Source of the DNA: Heterodontus francisci
Taxonomy: Eukaryota
Direction: 5' to 3'
NCBI RefSeq assembly: GCF_036365525.1
Contig: NC_090373.1
Coordinates: forward strand, 98,241,461-98,305,460
Length of the DNA stretch: 64,000 nucleotides
Below are positions 50,655 to 61,209 of this stretch, one piece after another (within the stretch, counting starts at the first letter, position 1; every line of letters begins with the position of its first letter). The translations under genes were made by a program, and so were the position numbers. The notes under the pieces were generated by a model. That model was given only the letters and a program-made list of their open reading frames with translations, searched no databases and had not been told where the DNA came from.

Positions 50655-51647
50655 ATGACAGCTGTGAATGTGAAACCAGATACTAAAACTAAGAGGAGTG
50701 CAGAGGTTAAGAATAAAATACCTAAGAGTTATAATGAATTTTTGTCAAGGGGGAGAGTAACTCCGTATCCTGTAAGTGAGGCAGGAAAACCTACCATTAT
50801 ACTCAGGGATACAGGAGTGACCCAAACACTCTTGCTGCGGAAAGATATGAAGTTTCCACCGTAGAGCGCCTTGAACGCTAACGTTTTAGTTTATGAAATT
50901 GGTGGGGTGTGTATACCCATACCTTTGTACAGAGTATGCCTGGAGAGTGACTTAATAACTTGGGTAGTAACTGTAGGTGTTGTCCACAGTTTACCAGTAA
51001 AAGGAATTGAGCCACTCCTAGGAAATGATTTGGCAGGATCAAAAATATCACTTTCTCCTATGGTTACAGAGGAACCACGTGAAATTAAGGAATCGGAGCA
51101 ATTACAGGAACAAGTTCCGTGAATATTTCCTGCATGTGTAGTTACCCGAGCAATGGCTAAACAAGATCTATTGTCGGAGGTAAAAGGGGCACCACAAATA
51201 GATAATCAGGCATCTGAAACCTTAATTGGGGATTTAGATCATTCAAATGAGATGTTTAACAGATGTCTATCATTGCAGCACAGCAAGCTGATCCAGAGAT
51301 CTACCAAATAGCACAGACGGCTCTGTCTGAAGCTGAGGTGAAAGGAGTTCAAGAAGGCTATTATATGGCAAACAGGATTTTGAGGAGGAAATGGAGACCG
51401 CCTCATAGACCTGCCGACAAAGACTGGGCAGCTGTTGAACAGATAGAGGTACCACCTAAATATCTCCAAGGATTATTAAGGTGAGCACACAACATTCCTT
51501 TTTCAGGACATAGGGGAATTTGGAAGACCAAATCACACATTAGCAAACATTATTACAGGTCAGGTCTTACAAAGGATGTGAGACAATTTTGCAGGGCATG
51601 CCACACCTGTCAAACAGTGGGAAAACCACAGCCTACCATAAAACCAG
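50655..51647 (+). pseudogene. Gypsy protease and integrase HHCC domain
   Basis: IILRDTG and LLGNDLAG protease motifs; AHNIPFSGH..CRACHTCQTVGKP zinc-binding region. Confidence 0.88.
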
Positions 51648-54336
51648 GGAACATAGGAACAGGAGTAGGCCATTCAGCCCCTCGAGCCTGTCCCGCCATT
51701 CAATGAGATCATGGCTGATCCGCGGCCTAACTCAATATACCTGCCTTTGGCTCATATCCCTTAATATCTTTGCTTAACAAAAATCTATCTCAGATTTAAA
51801 ATTAACAACTGTTCAAGCTTCAAATGCTGTTTGTGGGAGAGAGTTCCAAACCTCTACCACCCTTTGTGTGAAGAAGTGCTTCCTAACATCTCTCCTGAAT
51901 GGTCTGGTCCTAATTTTTAGACTATGCCCCCTAGTTTTAGAATCTCCAACCAGTGGAAACGGTTTATCTTTATCTAACCTGTCTTTTTCTGTTAATATCT
52001 TGAATACTTCAATCTGATCACCGCTTAACCTTCTAAATTCTAACGAAAACAGGCCTAATTTGTGTAATCTCTCCTCGTAACTTAAACCTGTAGTCCAGGT
52101 ATCATTCTTGTAAACCTACATTGCACTCCCTCCAAGGCCAATATATCCTTCCAAAGGTGTGGTGCCCAGAACTGCTCACAGTACTCCAAGTAAGGTCTAA
52201 CCAGGGTTTTGTACAGCTGCAGCATAACCTCTGTGTCTTTATATTCCAATCCTCTAGATATAAATGCTAGCATTCCATTAGCCTTTTTGATTATTTTCTG
52301 TACTTTCTCGTGGCATTTTAAAGATCTGTGCACCTGAACCCCCCAGTCTCTTTGGACAACCACTGTACGTAACCTCTTCCCATTTAGAAAGTACCCTGCT
52401 CTATCCTTTTTTGGTCCAAAATGGATAACCTCGCACTTGCTCACATTGAAATCCATCTGCCACATGTTTTGCCCACTCACCTAGTCTGTCAATATCTCTT
52501 TGCAATTTTATGCTATCATCTAGACTATCTACAATGCCGCCTAACTTTGTATCATCAGCAAATTTGGATATATGACTTACTATGCCATCATCCAAGTTGT
52601 TAATGAATAATGTGAATAATTGAGGCCCCAACACAGATCCCTGCAGGACACCACTAGTTACATCCTGCCAATCGGAGTACTTACCCATTATCCCCACTCT
52701 CTGTCGCCTACCACTCAACCAACTTTCTAACCTTGTCAATAATGTGCCCTCAACTCCATGGACTTCTACCTTAGTTAACAGTCTCTTATGTGGGACTTTA
52801 TCAAATGCCTTCTGGAAGTCCATATAAATAACATCCATCGACACTCCACTGTCCACTACCTGAGTCACTTCTTCAAAAAATTCAATGAGATTTTGTCAGG
52901 CATGACCTTCCCGTCATGAATCCATGCTGGCTGTCCCTGATTAACTGAAATTTTTTGAGGTGTTCAGTCACCCTATCCTTGATTATAGACTCCAGCAACT
53001 TGCCCACCACAGATGTCAGGCTAACTGGTCTGTAATTTCCTTGGTTCCCCCTTTCACCCTTCTTAAAAAGTGGAGTGACATGTGCAACTTTCCAATCCGG
53101 AGGGACCACTCCTGAATCTAGGGAACTCTGAAAGACTATAGTTAGGGCATCTACAATGTGCTCCCCTACTTCCTTCAACACCCTCTGATGGAAACCGTCA
53201 GGTCCTGGGGATTTCTCACTCTTTAGTTCCATTAATCTCCTTGTTACTGATGATTTACTTACGTTAATTGTATTAAGTCCCTGTCCCCTATCGGCTATTA
53301 ATTTTTTCGGGACTTCCGGCAAGTTATCCTCCTTTTCAACTGTAAATACTGAGGCAAAGTAATTGTTCAACATGTCTGCCATTTCCCCATTATCAATGAC
53401 AATATCTCCAGTTTCAGCTTTTAGTGGGCCTACATTGCTCTTGACCACCCGCTTTCCCTTTATGTAACAATAACATTTCTTCTTATTGATTTTGATGTCT
53501 CTTGCAAGTTTCCTTTCATAATCTCTTTTAGTAGCTCTTATAAGCTGCTTTGTGACCCTTTGCTGGTCTTTGTATCGATCCCATACGGCCGGATCTGTGC
53601 TGCGTTTTGCATTTTTGTAAGCCATTTCTTTTTGTTTTATGCTATCCCTAATCTCTTTAGTTGTCCATGGCTGTTTTTTCTGTGAAGTGGAGATTTTTCC
53701 TCTCAGGGGTTGATACTCGCTCTGTATTTTGTTAAATGTTTCTTTAAATATTCTCCACTTCAGTCGTTTGACCCATTAACAGATCTTCCCAGTTTACCGT
53801 GGACAGTCTCTGTCACATCCCGGTAAAGTCAGCCTTACCCAAGTCTAAAATTCTAGTAGCTGATTCGTGCTTTTCACTTTCAAACGCTACCTTGAATTCG
53901 ATCATGTTGTGATCACTATTTGATAAATGTTCACAATTAGGCTACTAATTAAATTTGGCTCATTAGTCATAACTAAATCTAATATTGCCTGTTCCCCTGT
54001 TACATCTAGGACATATTGCAGTAGGAAACTATCCCGGACACATTCCATAATTCACTACCTTTCTGACAGGTGCTAGTCTGCCTCTCCCAATCTATATGTA
54101 AGTTAAAATCCCCCATTAATACTACTCTGCCTTTTTACACACTTGCCTAATTTGTGCATTTATACAATCTAACACCTCAGAACTGCTACCAGGGGGTCTA
54201 TACATAACACCCATTACAGTTTTAGATCTTTTTCTGTTCCTCAATTCCACCCATAAGGTCTCCACTGAATGCTTTCCCCTCATTATATCCTCCCTCACCA
54301 ATGAGGTGATATCATTTCTAAACAGTAAGGCTACTC

Positions 54337-55800
54337 TTTTTTTTTATTCATGCATGGGATGTGGGCGTCACTGGTTATGCCAGCATTTATAGCCCATCCC
54401 TAATTGCCCTTGAGAAGGTGGTGGTGAGCTGCCTTCTTGAACCGCTGCAGTCCATGGGAGGTAGGTACACCCACAGTGCTGTTAGGAAGGGAGTTCCAGG
54501 ATTTTGACCCAGCGACAGTGAAGGAACGGCGCTATAGTTCCAAGTCAGGATGGTGTATGCCTTGGAGGGGAACTTAGTTTAGAGATACAGCACTGAAACA
54601 GGCCCTTCGGCCCACCGAGTCTGTGCCGACCATCAGCCACCCATTTATACTAATCCTACACTAATTCCACATCCCCACCTGTCCCTATATTTTCCTACCA
54701 CCTACCTATACTAGGGGCAATTTATAATGGCCAATTAACCTATCAACCTGCAAGTCTTTGGCATGTGGGAGGAAACCGGAGCACCCGGAGGAAACCCACG
54801 CAGACACAGGGAGAACTTGCAAACTCCACACAGGCAGTACCCAGAATTGAACCTGGGTTGCTGGAGCTGTGAGGCTGCGGTGCTAACCACTACGACACTG
54901 TGCCGCCCTTGCAGGTGGTGATGTTCCCATGCATCTGCTGCTCTTGTCATTCGAGGTGGTAGTGGTCGTGGGTTTGGAAGGTGCTGTCTAAGGAGCCTTG
55001 GTGCGTTGCTGCAGTGCATCTTGTAGATGGTACACACTGCTGCCACTGTGTGTCAGTGGTGGAGGGAGTGAATGTTTGTGGATGGTGTGCCTATCAAGCG
55101 TGCTGCTTTGTCCTGAATGGTGTCGAGCTTCTTGAGTGTTGTTGGAGCTGCACCCATCCAGGCAAGTGGAGAGTATTCCATCACACTCCTGACTTGTGCT
55201 GCGTAGATGGTGGACAGGCTTTGGGGAGTCAGGAAGTGAGTTACTCGCCTCAGGATGCCGAGCCTCTGACCTGCTCTTGTAGCCACGGTATTTATATGGA
55301 TACTCCAGTTCAGTTTCTGGTCAATGGTAGCCTCTAGGATGTTGATAGTAGGGGATTCAGCAATGGTATTGCTATTGAATGTCAAGGGGAGATGGTTAGA
55401 TTCTCTCTTGTTGGAGATGGTCATTGCCTGGCACTTGTGTGGCACAAGTGTTACTTGCCACTTATCAGCCCAAGCCTGGATATTGTCCAGGTCTTGCTGC
55501 ATTTCTACACAGACTGCTTCAGTATTTGAGGAGTCGCGAATGGTGCTGAACATTGTACAATCATCAGCAAACATCCCCACTTCTGAACTTATGGTTGAAG
55601 GGAGGTCATTGATGAAGCAGCTAAAGATGGTTGGGCCTGAGGAACTCCTGCAATGATGTCCTGGAGGTCAGATGATTGACCTCCAACAACCACAGCCATC
55701 TTCCTTTGCGCTAGGTATGACTCTAACCAGCAGAGACTTTCCCCCCGATTCCCATTGACTCCAGTTTTGCTATGGCTCCTTGATGCCATACTCGGTCAAA
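54337..55800 (-). mobile_element. Family A LINE inserted in the CR1 endonuclease
   Basis: TSD TACTC (54332-36 / 55801-05); removing it restores CR1 GRRGGVALL; FADD RT motif. Confidence 0.92.
54576..54908 (-). mobile_element. HE1-like V-SINE inserted in the family A LINE
   Basis: Full tRNA head, V-domain and CR1 tail; the host sequence ggggaactt|gcaggtgg is interrupted with a short (c)tt duplication. Confidence 0.92.
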
Positions 55801-57589
55801 TACTCCACCCCTTCTGCCATTTTCCCTGCCCCTCCTGTAAATTTTATAACCAGGTATATTTAGTTCCCAGTCCTGACCATCCTGCAGCCACATCTCCGCA
55901 ATGTCCACAACATCATAATTTTCCATTTGAATTTGCACCTGCAGTTCATCTAGTTTATTTCTTACATTCTTACATGCATTTGTATATAGAACTCTTATTT
56001 GGGCTATACCCCCTAACCTGTCCCTCAGCACTGATGCTTTATTTGCCTGTTTATTATTTCTCTCTTCTGGTTTAACCAGTATACTTCTTGCAATTTGGTA
56101 ACAATCAGCCTCATCACTAACCTGCACTGCTACCTTCTCCTTTAACTTCCTGATTTTCCATGCAACTGAAACTTCCCTCCCACTATTTTGTTTAAAGTCC
56201 TATCTACAGCCCTAGTTATATGATACGCCAGGACTCTTTTCCCAGCATGATTCAGGTGGAGCCCGTCCCATCGGAACAGCTCCCTCCTTCCCCAGTACTG
56301 GTGTTAATGTCCTAAGAATTCGAACTCATTTCTCCCACACCAATCTTTGAGCCACGCATTTACCTCTTTAATCTTATTGACCCTTTGCCAATTTGCTTGT
56401 GGCTCAGGTAGTAATCCGGAGATTATTACCTTTTTGGTTCTGCTTTTTAATTTAGCCCCTCGCTGCTCATATTCCCTCAGCAGAACCTCTTACCTCGTTC
56501 TACCTATATCGTTGGTATCTTCGTGGACCACGACAACTGGATCTTTCCCTTCCCACTGCAAGTTCCTCTGCAGCCCAGATGAGATATCCCAAACCCTGGC
56601 ACCAGGTAGGCAACAGAGCCTTCGGGAGTCTCGATCCTGGCCACAGAGTTCAGTGTCTATGCCCCTAACTATACTATCCCCGATTACGACTACATTTCTC
56701 TTTTCTCCTCCCACTTGAATGGCTCCCTGTACCATGGTGCTGTGGTCAGTTTGCTCATCCTCCCTACAGTCTCTGCTCTCGTCCACACTGGGAGCAAGAA
56801 TCTCGAACCTGTTGGACAAGGACAAGGGCTGAGGCTCCTGCAGCACTACCTCCTGGATCCCTCTACCTGCCTCACTCATAGTCACACCCTCCTGTCCCTG
56901 ACCACTGGCCGAATTTACAGTAGTTAATCTAAGGGGTGTGACTGCCTCCTGAAACACAGCGTCCAGGTAACTCTCCCCCTCCCTGATGTATCGCAGTGTC
57001 TGAAGCTCAGACTCTAGCTCATCAACTCCGCGCCGGAGTTCCTCGAGCAGCCAACACTTGCTATAGATGTGGTCACTGGGAACCACAATGTGGTCCACCA
57101 GCTCCCACACCATGCATTTACAACACATCGCCTGGCCCTGCATCTCTATTTTATTTAATTAGATTTTAATTTTTTTTTTAATTTCTGACTGGTCTTTTTT
57201 TTTTCATCTGTAAAATATTTCTCCTAGTCACCTTTAATCTGAAATCAATTTAGAATAGGTCATTCAAATTAGCAATTACTTACCAACCAATGAACTTACG
57301 GTTTTCCTGTGATGTCACTCTTTGTTTATTTTTCACTCTGTTTTTACTCCCTTAAATTACCCAAAAATTAGATTTACACGAGGAACCTTGATTCCCCCCC
57401 AAAACTACCTACTATATTAAAAAGAACTATAGACCTTTCTCTTTACTTTAGTTATTTACCGAGCTATTTAGAGTTATCCCCTAACAGCTGTTACTCACCA
57501 ACCAATCACCTTGCAGCTTTCCTGTGATATCACTGTTGACTTTTTTAACCAAAACTCCGGCGTGCCCAGACTGCTCCCAGAAGGTAAGC

Positions 57590-57743
57590 CGGCTTGCTGA
57601 ATGAACGCTCTCTCTCTGTCTCCGGGTCTCTTTATGCCCCAGCTCCGCTCTCGCTGTTTCTCGCTTGCTGAATGAACTCTCGCTCTGTCTCCCGGTCTCT
57701 TTGTGCTCCGGCTCTGCTCTCGCTGTGTCCCGCTTGCTGAATG
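57590..57743 (-). repeat. ~70-bp tandem repeat at the CR1 5' end
   Basis: gcttgctgaatg recurs at ~57592, ~57663 and ~57732. Confidence 0.8.
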
Positions 57744-57744
57744 C

Positions 57745-58720
57745 AGGATGAAGTATTAGTGTTGTTACTGTCACAGGGAGAACCAGTGAAAGCACAGTTC
57801 TGTGGCCCATGGAGAGCGATCAAAAGAGTGGGTAAGGTAGATTACTTGATTGACACCCCTGATCACTGGATGAAGAACCGGTTGTGTCACATTAATTTGC
57901 TCAAACCATATTACCACAAGGAGGAGGATAAGCCAGTACAGGTATACCAGGTAATCGGAACTGTGGAGAAGGAGAAGGAAAAGGATAGTGAGGATGAGGC
58001 AAAAGTCGGCCTATGAAATTTTCAGATTGAACCTCCAACTATTCAATCAGCAAATGCAGAATGGCTAGGAACATTAAACAATAGGCTTTTACACTTAGAG
58101 GCAAAACAGCTTAAAGTCCTAACCAGGGTTTTCACAATGTTTCAAAAAGTTTGTAGGGATAAGCCAGGATGTACAATCTTAGCCACACATGATGTGGGTA
58201 TAGAGGGAGCCTTTAAAATGACATCCTTGTTGCTTAGGTCCAGACAGACAGGCCCAAGTGGAAGCAGAGGTAGAATACATGCTGAAGGGCAGCTTAGATG
58301 AACCTAGTCAGGACAGCTGGAATTCGCAGATGGCCTTGATGACTAAACCTGGTGGGACGGCTCAAACTTGCATAGACGATAGAAAAATCACTGTGGTAAA
58401 GAAGGCAGACTCCTACCCAAATTCTCATTTAACGAACTATTTGGACAGAGTGGGCAACATAATGTGCCTTAAAGAGACAGATGTGTTGGAAGGATACTAT
58501 CAAATTCCTTTGACACCCCAGGGTAAGAAAAAAATCAGCTTCTGTTACACCGGACAGGGTTTTCCAGTGTCAAGTGATGCCACATAGTTTAAGGGGTACT
58601 CGAGAAACTTCTCAGAGAATAGTGAACCCAGTAGTGGTCAGTGCTCCTTGCTGTGCAGTTCACCTGGCTGAGGTGATGGACAATAGGGACACTTGGAAGG
58701 AAAACACAAAACAATTGGAA
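57745..58720 (+). pseudogene. Gypsy integrase C-terminus and truncated, dead RT
   Basis: DEVLVLL..FCGPW..CHINLLKPY (GPY/F region); CIDDRK..DSYP..GYYQIPL; HLAE in place of YLDD at 58661-72; no RNase H. Confidence 0.85.
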
Positions 58721-58948
58721 GACTATACGTGGAAATTTAAAATGGGTTAATTGGAACAACCTTTTGAAAATTTAAAGCTGAAATGTTCTGGTGGAACTTG
58801 TTGCTGTAGTCTGAACCTTTTTTTTAGAAATGTGTATATCTGTAAATGCGTGGGAAAAAAATGTTGGAAATTTTTTAATTTGTATTTTTTTACCCATTGT
58901 AATGAAACGCAGTTCAGGAATGGCATTTCATTCCACTAGGGACAGAGG

Positions 58949-59790
58949 TGTCATGGTCCTGTCGGGTTTTTTTCGGAATATGCGGTTTGCCTTTAAGCCT
59001 TGCAAGGGATCAGTATTTCTTTAAGAACCAGCAAGCCTCAGGAGTTATAGGAAGGTGCATTTTTATTGCCTTAGAAACAGCCATTTGGAGACTGCAATTC
59101 AAAGAGTACATTCTCGTTTCCATAGATACAGCCACTAGGAGTGAGTCTCATGTGATACATTTGTTACAATTCAGTTTTGAACTGGCTTTAAGTTGAAGAC
59201 AGTTTGTTCTAACAGAACACAGAGTCAGAGACATACAGACACTGAACTGAAGGAATAGGAATTTAGCCTGTTTAATTATCTCTCAAAATTCTAAAACATC
59301 AAGCCAAAAGAGAGATCTCTGGTAATTTAAACTGAAGGGAGGGAACTTAGACTATGACAATCTTTTATCCCTCAAAATCTCTAAAGTCAGATTGATTCTG
59401 TTGAAAGTGTTTGCAAGTCATTAATTGTTGAAATTTGCTGGAGAAGGAAAGCAACATTCTGTGAGGACTTCAAGCAACATTAGACTGTTAATTTGCAAGG
59501 ACTCTAATTTTTTCTATTTTAAATGTTATTTATATCTTCATAGTATTTAAGAATTTAGTTCTTCTAATTAAAACGTTAATTTGTTGATTTAAAGACACCT
59601 GATTTGGTTAGCCTCATTTGGGGGGTTAATAGATGGTACAATTTGGGTCTTTCTTTAATTTGGAAAGTTTTAAATGATAGGTTAGACGATCTGTGGAGCG
59701 ATGGGATTGAATTATCAGTGTGTTTCTCTCACCACAATCAGAATCGTATATTTTGATTGGGGGCTTTGACAGGAGCAGTCGGTCATAACA
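58949..59790 (+). repeat. 3' LTR
   Basis: TGTCATG...TAACA, followed by the TSD CTTTG. Confidence 0.93.
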
Positions 59791-60598
59791 CTTTGAAACA
59801 GCCATCTAATTGACACCATGCTCGATCAACTTGTATCTGAAAATTGCAACTGGGGATCCTACAACCACTTCAAGACCCAAATTTGTGTATTTAAGCAATC
59901 TCTCACCTGTTTCAAATGGATGGGCTGCTCAACCAATTTTTATTTTTATGCATTCGTAGGATGTGGGCATTGCTAGCAAGGCCAGTATTTATTATCCATT
60001 CCTATTTGCCCTTAAAGACCCACCTACAAATTGCACCAAGCAGACTTAAGGCATCAATGGACCTGTCGAAGTGCTCTTGCTCCCATCTCAATCTTAAAAT
60101 CGAGATATGGAGGTGGATGGCATTGAAAATCATGCCCACTAGTCTGGGAGGTTGAGATCAAATAAGCTAAAGGACCTTCTTTGACTACCCTTGTGAATTC
60201 CTGCTGTGCAGAAGTGAGAAAGAATCTTAAAATCAAGATATGCAATTTTTTTATTTTTTATAAGATACAGCACTGAAACAGGCCCTTCGGCCTGTTTGAT
60301 TTTGATCTTTTAAGTTCCACAAAATGCTGCCTGATCTGCTGAGTGTTCCTGGCATTTTCTGTTTTTATTTCAGATTTTCAACTGCAGTACTTTGCTTTTG
60401 TTTTAGGATTTCTTTTATGATTGATAACTCACAGATAACCTGAAGAAATAGAACAGTCAGGCAGACATGAGGATAAAGAGTGAAATATTTGGGAAAGATA
60501 GGATCTGGAGGGGAAAAGAGTGGAACACAGAGTTAAGACAGACATGGCGAGCTGTCAATTTCCTGTTACCTGGCATCTGGGACCACCAGCTTCTGGAG

Positions 60599-60893
60599 GC
60601 TGAGATGAGCCAAGCTGTTTTGTGAGTTAAGGCTTAGAATAAAAGCATTTCTAAGACTGAGACCGGGAACACAGGTATTCCTGGAGCTGAGCTATGAGCA
60701 CACATTTCCTTGAGTCGAATCCAGCACTTAAAGCTTTGCTGTGGCTGAGACTGGGAGTAGAAACATTCCTGATGCTGAGGCCAGGAGTCAATGTGTTTCT
60801 TGGGTGAAGTTTGAAAGCACAGGCATTCCTGGGGTGGAGGCTGATTGTGGCGGTATTGCTGGGAACAAGGCAGGAAATGGCAGGTTCAGTTAT
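60599..60893 (+). repeat. Degenerate 30-bp minisatellite (~10 units)
   Basis: GCTGAG..ATTCCTGG periodicity at 60626, 60656, 60686, 60714, 60744, 60774, 60804, 60834, 60864. Confidence 0.6.
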
Positions 60894-61209
60894 GTAGTGT
60901 TGGCTATGCATAGCAAGTCTAATGACTGTATTTCCAATATTCTCCATTTTTATTGAAGATTTTTAATGTTTTCATAACTTTTTTATTTAAATCTTTGTAT
61001 ATAGTTCCTTGCATTGTTTTTCTTGTTAAAGTTACATCAGACAACATTCAGAACCTCATTCTTTACTTTGTTTTGCAGCTTTTACAAAACAAAAAAATAA
61101 TGACTACCTTGCCTCTTGCTACTTTTAGCCCTCTAGCCCTATTTATTACAATCCCACTTTGAAAAGTTATCAATCATAAAAGAAATCCTAAAACAAAAAA
61201 TCCTCCACC

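Larger units (their letters stand above)
51648..57743 (-). mobile_element. Near-full-length CR1 LINE (5' UTR, ORF1, ORF2) nested in the Gypsy element
   Basis: ORF1 ~56190-57143 (CxxC, leucine zipper, VVIGDSIVRG SGNH esterase); endonuclease (LYTNA..WL, GDFN); RT (YMDFQKAFDKV, QGSVLGP, KFADD); CR1 tail at 51648. Confidence 0.95.
48001..59790 (+). mobile_element. Gmr1-like Ty3/Gypsy LTR retrotransposon (defective), with nested insertions
   Basis: Two homologous LTRs (TGTCATG...CA), 5-bp TSD CTTTG, tRNA-Pro PBS, polypurine tract agggacagagg (58938-48); integrase lies upstream of RT. Confidence 0.95.
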
